Positions 1 to 9,754 are shown, counted from the stretch's first letter. The stretch is DNA of 60,104 bases from a virus (IMGVR_UViG_3300042545_000094:1-60104), one strand, 5' to 3'. A program made the numbers and translations. Notes: a model not told the origin generated them from the sequence alone.

Positions 1-20
1 GTCATTTTTAAAAATGACGG

Positions 21-56
21 AAACAAAAAACCCCCGAGGATTTTCCCCGAGGGTTT
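21..56 (-). terminator. Rho-independent terminator downstream of ORF 590-90
   Basis: On the - strand, an imperfect GC-rich stem (CCCTCGGGG-AAAA-TCCTCGGGGG) is followed by TTTTTTGTTT. Confidence 0.65.
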
Positions 57-89
57 GGAAAGCGTGGGCGGATTCTCTCCGCCCTGTGG

Positions 90-590
90 TTAGCCTAAGT
101 TATCCACGTTACCGCCAAGAGCTTCAAAAATACTCATGAGGTCGCCCTTAAATTCGCTTGCCTTACAATCTTCGCCCGCTTCCTCAGCTTTAAAGATTCG
201 GTTGATGATTGTCTTAAGGTCAGCTTGCGTCTTATCATCTGTGGATAAATTGGCGGTTACTCGGTTGCCTGTTGTTTGGTATCCGCTTGCCTCTTTTACC
301 CGTTGCCAATATACATCTATCGTGCCACGTGAATAACCTGCCTCGGTCATACCTTTCACAAATTCATCACGCTCGAGTTTTAAACCCTGTCTATCCTTGC
401 CCTTCAACTCATACCAAGGCTTAATCAATTCACCCGTTGCACTCATTACGTTAAATGTAGCGTTGAGATTGTCAGCGTATGTTTTAATCTTTTCACCCGT
501 TGAGCTTGCCACTTTAATAAGTGCAACACGTGAGGCTACTAGGTTGCTATATACGTTGCCGTTTGTGATAACTACGTTTTGATTTTCCAT
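90..590 (-). CDS. Hypothetical early protein
   Basis: ORF track 90..611; the likelier start is MENQN at 590 (AAGGG upstream). It has a promoter-like element upstream and a terminator downstream. Confidence 0.75.
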   Translation of the reverse strand: MENQNVVITNGNVYSNLVASRVALIKVASSTGEKIKTYADNLNATFNVMSATGELIKPWYELKGKDRQGLKLERDEFVKGMTEAGYSRGTIDVYWQRVKEASGYQTTGNRVTANLSTDDKTQADLKTIINRIFKAEEAGEDCKASEFKGDLMSIFEALGGNVDNLG

Positions 591-604
591 CTGAATACCC
601 TTTT

Positions 605-737
605 CTAACATTGTTAGAACCCGTCTAACTCGGTATGAATATCATCTATTCATGGTTATAATGTATCACAAAATAGTGGTCTTAATCAAATCTTTTGGAA
701 ACAATAATTACCCCTACCCATAATCTAACAATGTTAG
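605..737. repeat. Two exact copies of palindrome CTAACAWTGTTAG (605-617, 725-737)
   Basis: Read directly: TTCTAACATTGTTAGAA at 603-619 and TCTAACAATGTTAGA at 724-738. Confidence 0.95.
660..689 (-). promoter_or_regulatory. Possible sigma70-type early promoter
   Basis: - strand TTGATT-N18-TACATT with TG upstream of the -10. It resembles the promoter at 59527-59555 and lies between two palindrome copies. Confidence 0.4.
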
Positions 738-1026
738 AAAACCAAGCGACACCCCACCCCCCAAAATACAATTTAGGGACTCCTATCACCCTATACTCTA
801 TAATTTGCACAAGAGATATAACGATTTAAAACTTTATAGTCCGCGGCTTTAACTTTATAGTACCCCCTCCCCCTACTTGAATACCCACAGACTTCCCAGT
901 TTCCCAGTTAAGCGAACCCACCCCCTATCAAAATATTTAAGGTTCCATACACGGGGGGTATATTTTTTTGATAAACTATTTTTACTTATGTGAGAGTAAG
1001 TAGTCTCCTGTGGTAGGGTGGACTTT

Positions 1027-1062
1027 GAGTCGGACAGGGTTGCCGCCCTTCCGGCTCTTTTT
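1027..1062 (+). terminator. Stem-loop with T-run upstream of the packaging genes
   Basis: GAGTCGGA-CAGGGT-TGCC-GCCCT-TCCGGCTC followed by TTTTT. Confidence 0.45.
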
Positions 1063-1172
1063 ATATGTATACAAAACAGCAAAAAACGTACACGTTATAA
1101 AAATGTGTACACAAACCAAACATTTCATATATACTTCGTGCATTAACTGGAGCGCACCCGAATCGCACCTGC

Positions 1173-1787
1173 ATGAGTATTAACATCGAACCTACTAAAG
1201 ACCATCCGGTCCCTTACTCCACCGACAAGGCGGAGACATCATCCTTTTCTGAAGAATTAGCAGTCACTGCTAATACACAAGACTTACTCGAACAACTAGG
1301 TGGTACTATTCCGGAAATGAGTCCGGAAGACGCAGCAGCCACAGCAAAGCTGGCTGAAGCAGCAATCAAGAAACAAGACAAGGGCGCCCTAAGCAATCCA
1401 GGGGTGGCATTTTCTGCACGTGAATTTCTTCGCGTATACAGCGCACGGCTGGCAGTAGATGTGAGCGACGTTCGCTCGGCTCTGACAAATAAACTTCTTG
1501 AATTGGCTAACTGCGGAGACCCACGGTTTGAACTGAAAGCATTAGAGCTTTTGGGTAAGCACTCAGATATAGCCCTATTCACAGAGCGCAGTGAAGTAAC
1601 TGTGACTTACAAGAATGCAACTGATTTGGAATCTGCAATCAAGGAGCGTATTAAGCGCTTACTTAAAACGGACGTGGTGGACGTAGAACCCATCACGCCA
1701 AGAGCAGATGTGTTAGATGCGGAGCTTGGGGTTGCTAGCCGGAAACCTGATGATAAAACTGGGGAACTGGGAGACAAGAGTGAGTAG
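1173..1787 (+). CDS. Probable terminase small subunit
   Basis: 204-aa ORF directly upstream of and overlapping TerL, with a helical ELKALELLGK segment. The call is mainly positional. Confidence 0.55.
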   Translation: MSINIEPTKDHPVPYSTDKAETSSFSEELAVTANTQDLLEQLGGTIPEMSPEDAAATAKLAEAAIKKQDKGALSNPGVAFSAREFLRVYSARLAVDVSDVRSALTNKLLELANCGDPRFELKALELLGKHSDIALFTERSEVTVTYKNATDLESAIKERIKRLLKTDVVDVEPITPRADVLDAELGVASRKPDDKTGELGDKSE

Positions 1788-3303
1788 TGTCCTAGAGACG
1801 GTATCCCTAAAAGACATTCCAAAAATACTTCACCTCTTACCTGAGGCGGAGCAAGCTAAGCTACTAGAAGAACTAGAGCGGCTAGAAGAACTTAAGAGTA
1901 AAGAAGCTGCGCAGGTAGACTTCATGAGCTTCGTGAAAAAGGTCTGGCCGACATTTATTAACGGGAGACACCATGTTGAGATGGCTCATGCGTTCGAGCG
2001 GGTGGCTAATGGCCAGTGCAAAAGGCTTATTATTAATATGCCTCCTCGTCACACTAAATCTGAGTTTGCCTCTTATCTCCTACCCGCTTGGTTCCTGGGT
2101 AAATTTCCGCAGAAGAAAGTTATTCAAACCTCTCATACCGCTGAGCTTGCCGTCGGCTTTGGTCGAAAAGTGCGTAACTTGGTTGATTCTGAAGTCTACA
2201 AATCCATTTTCCCTGGAGTTGGCCTACAAGCAGATTCAAAAGCGGCTGGGCGATGGGCCACTAACAAGGGCGGAGACTACTTTGCGATTGGTATTGGCGG
2301 TGCGGTTACAGGTAAAGGTGCTGATATTCTTATCATCGACGACCCACATTCTGAACAAGAAGCAGCCTTAGCGGAAACTAACGCTGAGGTGTACGATAAA
2401 ACGTACGAGTGGTATACATCCGGTCCTCGTCAGCGTCTACAACCAGGTGGGGCAATCATCATAGTTATGACTCGGTGGTCCAAGAAGGACTTAACGGGTC
2501 GAGTAGTCAAGGCAGACGCCGATAGAAACGGTGAAGGCTGGGAAGTTATTGAGTTTCCTGCATTATTTGAGGACGACAGACCACTTTGGCCTGAGTTTTG
2601 GGAGAAAAAAGAGCTTTTAGCCCTAAAAAATGAACTTCCAGTCGGCAAATGGATGGCTCAGTACATGCAGCAGCCAACGTCTGAGGTCTCAGCCATCATC
2701 AAACGTGAATGGTGGCAGCAATGGGACAAAGATAACCCACCTCACTGTGAGTTTGTCATCCAATCATGGGATACGGCGTTCACAAAGAACGAAAGAAGTG
2801 ACTATTCGGCATGTACAACGTGGGGGGTGTTTTATCAACCCGACGATACAGGGCTGGACCAAGCCAATATCATCCTACTTAATGCGTTCAAAAAGCGTAT
2901 GGAGTTCCCGGAGTTAAAACAACGGGCTTATGAGGAGTGGAAAGACTGGGACCCAGATGCGTTCATTGTGGAAGCTAAGGCTTCCGGGGGTCCACTTATC
3001 TACGAACTACGCGCCATGGGCATTCCGGTACAAGAATTCACCCCAAGTAAGGGTAATGACAAGATTGCACGACTAAATGCGGTGGCAGATATATTCGCCT
3101 CAGGGCGAGTTTGGGTACCCCCAACCAGGTGGGCGGATGAGGTAGTTGAAGAAGTAGCAAGTTTTCCTTCGGGCGAACATGATGACTTAGTGGACAGCAC
3201 CTCTCAAGCCCTGTTAAGATTCAGACGTGGCGGATTTATCCGCTTGGATTCCGATGAAGAAGATGAACCACTAGGTTCACGTCGGAAAGTCCCATATTAC
3301 TAA
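1780..3303 (+). CDS. terL: Terminase large subunit
   Basis: ATPase motifs INMPPRHTKS and ILIIDDPH; RNase H-like nuclease motifs SWDTA and HDDLVDS. GTG start at 1780 with GGAGA upstream. Confidence 0.95.
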   Translation: MSSVLETVSLKDIPKILHLLPEAEQAKLLEELERLEELKSKEAAQVDFMSFVKKVWPTFINGRHHVEMAHAFERVANGQCKRLIINMPPRHTKSEFASYLLPAWFLGKFPQKKVIQTSHTAELAVGFGRKVRNLVDSEVYKSIFPGVGLQADSKAAGRWATNKGGDYFAIGIGGAVTGKGADILIIDDPHSEQEAALAETNAEVYDKTYEWYTSGPRQRLQPGGAIIIVMTRWSKKDLTGRVVKADADRNGEGWEVIEFPALFEDDRPLWPEFWEKKELLALKNELPVGKWMAQYMQQPTSEVSAIIKREWWQQWDKDNPPHCEFVIQSWDTAFTKNERSDYSACTTWGVFYQPDDTGLDQANIILLNAFKKRMEFPELKQRAYEEWKDWDPDAFIVEAKASGGPLIYELRAMGIPVQEFTPSKGNDKIARLNAVADIFASGRVWVPPTRWADEVVEEVASFPSGEHDDLVDSTSQALLRFRRGGFIRLDSDEEDEPLGSRRKVPYY

Positions 3304-3313
3304 AGGCTAAGAC

Positions 3314-5785
3314 ATGGCAATAGATAAAGGTTTATATCAAGCACCTCTAGGTATCGAAGAAGAAGCAATGGCTCAGGGCTTTGCTCCTCTGGAGATTGAG
3401 ATTGAGGACCCAGAATCGGTAACTATTGGTATTGATGGTAAGCCGATTTTAGAAATTGAAATGGAAGACGACGAAGAAGACGACTTCTCAGAAAACATCG
3501 CTGAAGAATTAGATGAAGGTGTCTTGCAGAAGATGGCAAGTGACCTAATTGAAGATTTTGATTCAGACGTAGGCGCCCGTAAAGATTGGATGCAAACATA
3601 CGTTGATGGCTTAGAGCTATTAGGTATGAAGATTGAAGATAGAGCTGAACCTTGGGAAGGCGCTTGTGGTGTGTATCACCCACTCCTATCTGAAGCATTA
3701 GTTAAGTTCCAAGCTGAGACCATGATGGAGACTTTCCCAGCAGCAGGTCCAGTCAAGACAGAAATTATTGGTAAAGAAACATCAGAAAAGAAAGATGCGG
3801 CCGTTCGGGTGGCTGCGGACATGAACTTCCAATTAACGGAAGTGATGAAAGAATACCGTCCTGAGCACGAGCGTATGTTGTGGGGCTTAGGTCTATCAGG
3901 TAATGCGTTTAAGAAAGTTTATTACGACCCAGGGCTAGAGCGTCAAGCTTCTATCTTCGTACCAGCAGAGGACGTCGTTGTTCCTTATGGCGCGTCTAAC
4001 TTAGAATCAGCTGAGCGTGTAACTCACGTGATGCGCAAGACTAAGAATGAGTTAATCAAGTTACAAGTTGCTGGCTTCTACCGTGATGTAGAACTAGGCG
4101 ACCCATCTAACTCTCTAGATGAGATTGAGAAGAAGATTGCGGAACAGATGGGCTTCAGAGCCACAACTGATGACCGCTATAAGTTATTAGAAATGCACGT
4201 TGACTTGGATATTCCAGGTTATGAGCACAAGGATGAGAACGGCGAACCTACAGGTATCGCGTTGCCATACGTTGTAACTATTGAGAAAGGTACCGGTACG
4301 GTACTAGCTATTCGCAGAAACTGGGAACCAGATGATGATACATATGCAAAGCGCAATCACTTCGTTCATTACCCGTATATCCCTGGTTTTGGCTTCTACG
4401 CGTTTGGCCTTATCCATCTTGTTGGTGCTTTTGCTAAGTCTGGCACTTCTATCCTTCGTCAGCTTGTCGACGCTGGTACATTATCTAATCTGCCAGGCGG
4501 TTTCAAAACTCGCGGCATGCGTATCAAAGGTGACGACACACCGATAAGCCCAGGTGAGTTCCGTGACGTGGATGTCCCATCAGGCACTATGCGTGACAAC
4601 ATCCTACCGTTGCCGTACAAAGAGCCAAGCCAGACATTGTTGCAGTTGATGAACCAGATTATTGATGAAGGTCGTCGCTTTGCGGCAGCTTCTGATATGA
4701 AGGTAGCTGATATGTCAGCTAATGCTCCAGTAGGTACAACATTAGCTATCTTGGAAAGAACGTTGAAAGTGATGAGTGCGGTTCAAGCGCGTATTCACTA
4801 TTCAATGAAGCAAGAATTAAAACTATTGAAGCGAATCATCGCTGATTACACACCACCGGACTATGACTATGAACCAGTTGAAGGCTCACGACTCGCTAAG
4901 AAATCTGACTACGATATGGTGGACGTCATCCCTGTATCTGACCCAAATGCAGCAACGATGGCTCAGAAAGTTGTTCAGTACCAAGCTGCCCTACAGCTTG
5001 CCCAAGGTGCTCCACAGTTATATGACTTACCGAAATTGCATCGTCAGATGTTAGAAGTTCTAGGTATTAAGAATTATCAAAAACTTGTTCCTACAGAAGA
5101 TGATAAGAAGCCACAGGACCCAATCACTGAGAACCAACAGGCTCTTATGATGAAACCTATCAAGGCTTTCTACTACCAAGACCATCAAGCTCATATCGCC
5201 GTACACATGGCAGCTATGCAAGACCCTAAGATTATGCAGTTGGTGGGTCAGTCTCCTATGGCACAGCAAATTGGTGCTGCGATGCAAGCGCATATTGCGG
5301 AACATCTAGGTTACGAATACAAGAAACAGATGGAAATGCGTATGGGTATCGAGCTTCCTCGTACAAACGAAGAGGAAGACGAAGGTATCCCAGAACAGAT
5401 GGAAGTCGAGATTTCTCAAAGAGCCGCTCAAGCAGCTCAACAAATGTTGCAACAGAATCAGCAGGAAGAGCAAGCCAAACAAAATGCTCAGGCTCAGCAA
5501 GACCCGCTTATTCAAATGCAACAGCAAGAACTACAAATTAAGCAAGCAGAATTGCAGCTTAAGCAACAGAAGTTACAAGTTGATGCGGCAGCTAAGGCTG
5601 ACCAACTCGACATCGAACGCGAACGTATTGCATCACAGAAGCAAATTGCTGGTATGCAAGTTGGCGCAAAAGTTGCCAAGGATAAAGCACAGTTGGCCTC
5701 TAAGGACCAGCTAGAAGGCTTGAAGATTGGCGCAGAAATCGCTCGTAACAGAGCGCAAATGAACCAACCGAAAGGGAATGAATGA
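3314..5785 (+). CDS. Portal protein with Gln-rich C-terminal coiled coil
   Basis: 823 aa, follows TerL; podovirus portal-like segments (GNAFKKVYYD, LRQLVDAGTLSNLP) and a long Q-rich tail like the P22 portal barrel. Confidence 0.85.
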   Translation: MAIDKGLYQAPLGIEEEAMAQGFAPLEIEIEDPESVTIGIDGKPILEIEMEDDEEDDFSENIAEELDEGVLQKMASDLIEDFDSDVGARKDWMQTYVDGLELLGMKIEDRAEPWEGACGVYHPLLSEALVKFQAETMMETFPAAGPVKTEIIGKETSEKKDAAVRVAADMNFQLTEVMKEYRPEHERMLWGLGLSGNAFKKVYYDPGLERQASIFVPAEDVVVPYGASNLESAERVTHVMRKTKNELIKLQVAGFYRDVELGDPSNSLDEIEKKIAEQMGFRATTDDRYKLLEMHVDLDIPGYEHKDENGEPTGIALPYVVTIEKGTGTVLAIRRNWEPDDDTYAKRNHFVHYPYIPGFGFYAFGLIHLVGAFAKSGTSILRQLVDAGTLSNLPGGFKTRGMRIKGDDTPISPGEFRDVDVPSGTMRDNILPLPYKEPSQTLLQLMNQIIDEGRRFAAASDMKVADMSANAPVGTTLAILERTLKVMSAVQARIHYSMKQELKLLKRIIADYTPPDYDYEPVEGSRLAKKSDYDMVDVIPVSDPNAATMAQKVVQYQAALQLAQGAPQLYDLPKLHRQMLEVLGIKNYQKLVPTEDDKKPQDPITENQQALMMKPIKAFYYQDHQAHIAVHMAAMQDPKIMQLVGQSPMAQQIGAAMQAHIAEHLGYEYKKQMEMRMGIELPRTNEEEDEGIPEQMEVEISQRAAQAAQQMLQQNQQEEQAKQNAQAQQDPLIQMQQQELQIKQAELQLKQQKLQVDAAAKADQLDIERERIASQKQIAGMQVGAKVAKDKAQLASKDQLEGLKIGAEIARNRAQMNQPKGNE

Positions 5786-5973
5786 CAGCACTTGAGGTTT
5801 TACTCAAACAATGTCGTGAGAAACAAGAACAGTTAGCGCAAGCCTTGGCTGGTGCGGCTGCAAAGGATTACGCGGAGTACCGCGCAATATGTGGGGAAAT
5901 TCGAGGTCTTTCTTACACAGAATCTTTAATCATTGACCTTGCAAAAAAACTGGAGAACTCTGATGACGATTGA
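5782..5973 (+). CDS. Small hypothetical protein
   Basis: 63-aa ORF with ATGA overlap to the portal gene. Confidence 0.75.
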   Translation: MTALEVLLKQCREKQEQLAQALAGAAAKDYAEYRAICGEIRGLSYTESLIIDLAKKLENSDDD

Positions 5974-6361
5974 TTTGTCAAAGGCTGTTGATTTGGGCGC
6001 TGTCCTAAATAAAGAGCCGGAACAAAAAGCATCGCAATTACCGAAGCCGCAAGGTTATCGCATTCTTTGTGCAATCCCTGAGATTGAGAAGGAATTTGAA
6101 AGCGGCATTTTAAAAGCCGACGCAACTGTTAGTTTTGAGGAAGCTTTAACTACGGTGTTATTTGTAGTTGAACTTGGACCAGATTGTTATCAAGATAAAG
6201 TTCGATTCCCGAATGGCCCTTGGTGTCAAAAAGGTGACTTTGTGTTGGTTCGCCCGCACACAGGCTCAAGATTAGTAATCCACGGACGTGAGTTCCGCAT
6301 CATTAACGATGATTCTGTAGAGGCAGTTGTTTCTGACCCTCGCGGCATCAAACGCAAATAG
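5963..6361 (+). CDS. groES: GroES-like co-chaperonin
   Basis: P.GYRIL...SGIL, GP.CY, GDFVLV and FRIINDDSVEAVV match the Cpn10 pattern; GGAG RBS before ATG 5963. Confidence 0.85.
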   Translation: MTIDLSKAVDLGAVLNKEPEQKASQLPKPQGYRILCAIPEIEKEFESGILKADATVSFEEALTTVLFVVELGPDCYQDKVRFPNGPWCQKGDFVLVRPHTGSRLVIHGREFRIINDDSVEAVVSDPRGIKRK

Positions 6362-6370
6362 GAGTAACAA

Positions 6371-7357
6371 ATGCCAGATTTAGAACAGGAAGACTTCAAA
6401 TTTCCAGACGAAATTGAAGCGGAAGAAGCTGCTAAAGGCGGTAAAGTCGAAGAGAAAGAAGACGACGGCTTTGCTATTGAGATTGAAGATGACAGACCAG
6501 AAGCCGATAGGAACGCCGTTCCATTGGACAAGGAGACTGTTAAAGAATTAGAAGAGGACGACCTTAAGGACTATTCTAAGAAAGTAAAACAGCGCATCGA
6601 CCAAATGAAAAAGGTTTGGCACGATGAGCGTCGTGAGAAAGAGGCAGCCTTGCGTGAACAGCAAGAGGCTATCAAAGTTGCTCAACGACTACTTGAAGAG
6701 AACAGAAAGCTTAAAGAAGCGTACTCTACAGGCGAAAAAGAATACATCAGTACAGTACAAAATGCCGCTGAGTTAGAAATGGCTGCGGCTAAGAGAAACT
6801 ACCGTGATGCGGTGGATTCTGGTGATACTGACCGTATTGTTGAAGCCCAAGCCGAACTTAATGCTGCGGCTATTAAAGCAGATAAAGTTAAAAACTTTAG
6901 ACCAACTGCTTTACAAGACGAACAAAATGAGGTACAAATACCACAACAAGCTCAGCAACAGGAGCAAAAGGTTGACCCTCTGACCGCTAAGTGGCTCGAA
7001 AAGAACACTTGGTACGGACCAGACGAGGAAATGACAGCCTTAGCTCTTGCGTCACACGCCAAGCTAGAAAGACAATTCGGAAAGCAATTCGTTGGTTCGG
7101 AAGATTACTTTAAACGCATTGATGAAACGATGCGCAAGCGGTTTCCAGAGAATTTCTCTGAAGAAGTACAAACGCAGGCTGGGGGCGACAAGCCTAGTCA
7201 GCGCGCAGATGCAAAACCAGCACCAGTGGTTGCACCAGCAACGCGAAGCACGGCGTCTAAACGAATTGTGCTAAAAGCAAGCCAGGTGGCGTTAGCCAAA
7301 AAACTTGGTTTGACCCCTGAGCAATATGCTCGTGAAATGCAAAAACTGGAGGCTTAA
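6371..7357 (+). CDS. Probable capsid scaffolding protein
   Basis: Acidic N-terminus, long coiled coil and C-terminal AKKLGLTPEQYA; located between portal and capsid genes. Confidence 0.7.
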   Translation: MPDLEQEDFKFPDEIEAEEAAKGGKVEEKEDDGFAIEIEDDRPEADRNAVPLDKETVKELEEDDLKDYSKKVKQRIDQMKKVWHDERREKEAALREQQEAIKVAQRLLEENRKLKEAYSTGEKEYISTVQNAAELEMAAAKRNYRDAVDSGDTDRIVEAQAELNAAAIKADKVKNFRPTALQDEQNEVQIPQQAQQQEQKVDPLTAKWLEKNTWYGPDEEMTALALASHAKLERQFGKQFVGSEDYFKRIDETMRKRFPENFSEEVQTQAGGDKPSQRADAKPAPVVAPATRSTASKRIVLKASQVALAKKLGLTPEQYAREMQKLEA

Positions 7358-7358
7358 A

Positions 7359-7811
7359 ATGGTTGCACCTAACAAACTTGCTCGCGAATTAGAGACCCGT
7401 GAAAAGGCAGAACGTCCTAAACAGTGGCGTCCAGCTTCACTATTACCAGAGCCGATTAAAGAAGAAGGCTATGACTATAGATGGGTACGCACTTCTATTA
7501 ATGGTTCACCAGACGACCGCAACGTCCTAAAGGCGATGCAAGAAGGATGGGAAGCCGTATCAATGGAAGAGCAATCAGAATTACAACTGTTAGCTAGCCG
7601 AGAAGGTCGATATAAAGACAAAATCGAGGTTGGTGGGTTGTTATTGATGAAGACTCCGAAGGAGTTTGTGGAACAGCGTAATGCGTATGTTCAGAAAAAC
7701 ACAGATTCTCAGATGAGGGCCGTTGATAACGCCTTAATGCGCCAGAGCGACGCTCGTATGCCTATCTTTAACGAGAGAAAGTCTACGACTAGTTTTGGTA
7801 AAGGTGAATAA
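7359..7811 (+). CDS. Hypothetical head-module protein
   Basis: ORF with GGAGG RBS before ATG 7359. Confidence 0.75.
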   Translation: MVAPNKLARELETREKAERPKQWRPASLLPEPIKEEGYDYRWVRTSINGSPDDRNVLKAMQEGWEAVSMEEQSELQLLASREGRYKDKIEVGGLLLMKTPKEFVEQRNAYVQKNTDSQMRAVDNALMRQSDARMPIFNERKSTTSFGKGE

Positions 7812-7836
7812 TTTTATTAATTTTAGGAGTTTTTAA

Positions 7837-8445
7837 ATGGCTTATCCAACCGTTGACGCTCCATACGGTCTAGAACCAATTAACTCTGTAGACGGCAAAC
7901 CATACGCCGGCGCTATTCGTCAGATTCCTATTACGGCATCTTACGGTACAGCAATCTACAACGGTGACATTGTTAAACTAGTAACCGGTGGAACAGTAGA
8001 AAAATCAGCAATTGGTGCGAACGTTACAGCACAACCAACTTTGGGCGTGTTTGTAGGTTGTTCATACACTAATTCATCAGGCCAACCTGTACAGGGCCAG
8101 TACTACCCAGCATCTTCAGCTAATGGCGTTGCTTACGTAGTTCTAGACCCACAAGCTGCATTTAAAGTTGCAGTTACTACTTCTGGCAATACAAGCGTTG
8201 TTACTTCTGTAACACGTGCGGTTGTTGGTACAAACATGGAAATCGCTACTGGCGCAGGTTCTACTGCCACTGGTAATTCTGGTTTGTCAGTAGTATCAGG
8301 TTCTGCTGCTAACACAGCTATCCTTCCAGTCCGCGTAGTCGACGTTGTTCCTGAAACAGCAGTTAACGCAACTAACTTCCGTGAAGTTATCGTTAAGCTA
8401 AATCAGCCTCAACTTGAAGTTACGCTTGGTAACAACGCATCTTAA
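7837..8445 (+). CDS. Probable capsid decoration/minor capsid protein
   Basis: Beta-rich 202-aa protein directly before the major capsid gene; AGGAG RBS. Confidence 0.55.
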   Translation: MAYPTVDAPYGLEPINSVDGKPYAGAIRQIPITASYGTAIYNGDIVKLVTGGTVEKSAIGANVTAQPTLGVFVGCSYTNSSGQPVQGQYYPASSANGVAYVVLDPQAAFKVAVTTSGNTSVVTSVTRAVVGTNMEIATGAGSTATGNSGLSVVSGSAANTAILPVRVVDVVPETAVNATNFREVIVKLNQPQLEVTLGNNAS

Positions 8446-8461
8446 TAGGAGCTAATTAAAA

Positions 8462-9370
8462 ATGGCTATTTCTCGCGCCCAGCTCTTAAAAGAGCTTTTA
8501 CCTGGTCTTAACGCTTTGTTTGGTTTGGAATATGCCAAATACGGTGAAGAGCATAAAGAAATCTTCGAAACAGAAACTTCAGAGCGTTCTTTCGAAGAAG
8601 AAACTAAGTTGTCTGGCTTTACAGCTGCCCCAGTTAAAAACGAAGGTGCTGCAATTGCTTATGACAATGGTCAAGAAGCTTGGACAGCTCGCTACAACCA
8701 TGAGACTATCGCTCAAGGTTTCAGCTTGACTGAAGAAGCTATCGAAGACAACTTGTACGACAGCCTATCTGGCCGTTATACAAAGGCTCTAGCACGTTCT
8801 ATGGCTTACACTAAGCAAGTTAAAGCTGCAAACATTCTTAACAACGGTTTCACTGCTGGTTACACTGGTGGTGACGGTAAGACATTGTTCGCAGCTGACC
8901 ACCCACTAGTTTCTGGTGGTGTGAACAGCAACCGTCCTTCAACTAACGCAGACTTGAACGAAACATCATTGGAAAATGCTGTTATTCAAATCGCTGCTTG
9001 GACTGATGAACGTGGTTTGTTGATTGCTGCTAAGCCAGTGAAATTGGTTGTTCCCCCTGCATTGATGTTCGTTGCAACTCGTTTGCTCGAAACAGAATTG
9101 CGTGTTGGTACTGCTGATAACGACATCAACGCGATTAAGAACAACGGTTCTATCCCAGGCGGATACACAGTAAACCACTACTTGACCGATTCAAACGGTT
9201 GGTATTTGACTACTGATGTACCTAACGGTTTGAAGCACTTTGTTCGTACTCCGTTGCAAAACTCTATGGACGGCGACTTCGATACTGGTAACGTACGTTA
9301 CAAGGCTCGTGAGCGTTATTCATTCGGTTGGTCAGACCCATTGGGTATGTTCGGTTCACCAGGAGCTTAA
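8462..9370 (+). CDS. Major capsid protein (HK97 fold, Mu gpT-like)
   Basis: 302 aa with MAISRAQLLKELLPGLNALFG start, LVVPPAL and YKARERYSFG; strong RBS, followed by a terminator. Confidence 0.9.
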   Translation: MAISRAQLLKELLPGLNALFGLEYAKYGEEHKEIFETETSERSFEEETKLSGFTAAPVKNEGAAIAYDNGQEAWTARYNHETIAQGFSLTEEAIEDNLYDSLSGRYTKALARSMAYTKQVKAANILNNGFTAGYTGGDGKTLFAADHPLVSGGVNSNRPSTNADLNETSLENAVIQIAAWTDERGLLIAAKPVKLVVPPALMFVATRLLETELRVGTADNDINAIKNNGSIPGGYTVNHYLTDSNGWYLTTDVPNGLKHFVRTPLQNSMDGDFDTGNVRYKARERYSFGWSDPLGMFGSPGA

Positions 9371-9380
9371 TCTTGGTAAA

Positions 9381-9406
9381 AAAGGGGAGCTTCGGCTCCC
9401 TTTTTT
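9381..9406 (+). terminator. Rho-independent terminator after the capsid gene
   Basis: AAAGGGGAGC-TTCG-GCTCCCTTTTTT. Confidence 0.9.
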
Positions 9407-9419
9407 GTTTATAAAACAG

Positions 9420-9447
9420 TTGCACAAACACAAAAATAGAGTAATAT
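9420..9447 (+). promoter_or_regulatory. Sigma70-like promoter
   Basis: TTGCAC-N16-TAATAT immediately after the terminator. Confidence 0.5.
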
Positions 9448-9455
9448 TATCTAAA

Positions 9456-9530
9456 CCGGGAATTACCGGCTTATTAGACTGCCCCGGCAGACGATATACC
9501 GACTAATAGGCTTATCTTGTATATAAGGAC
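9456..9530 (+). ncRNA. Candidate structured (pseudoknotted) 5' leader RNA
   Basis: Complementary pairs: 9469-9477 with 9503-9511, 9456-9460 with 9483-9487, and 9494-9499 with 9519-9524 next to the SD. Confidence 0.45.
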
Positions 9531-9538
9531 AATTGATT

Positions 9539-9754
9539 ATGTCACGTACTACTTTCTCAGGCCCAGTTGCTTCAACTAACGGCTTTATCGCTCCAACTTA
9601 CACAGTAACTACAGCTAACGCTATTGCCGCCGCTGATAAAACTATCGGTCAAGTTATTTACGTTTCTAACGGTTTAGCGGGTGCTCCTACTTTGGCCGTT
9701 TGGGATGGTACAAACTGGATTTCTGCCGCTGGTACAGCTATTGCCGCTGCTTAA
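9539..9754 (+). CDS. Small virion-associated protein (head fibre/decoration-like)
   Basis: MSRTTFSGPV...GQVIYVSNG...WDGTNW; AAGGA RBS. Confidence 0.65.
   Translation: MSRTTFSGPVASTNGFIAPTYTVTTANAIAAADKTIGQVIYVSNGLAGAPTLAVWDGTNWISAAGTAIAAA

Noticed and set aside
1-18. Perfect 18-bp palindrome GTCATTTTTAAAAATGAC at the very start
   Set aside because: Single, AT-rich copy at the contig edge; it may be an assembly-end effect and no function can be supported.
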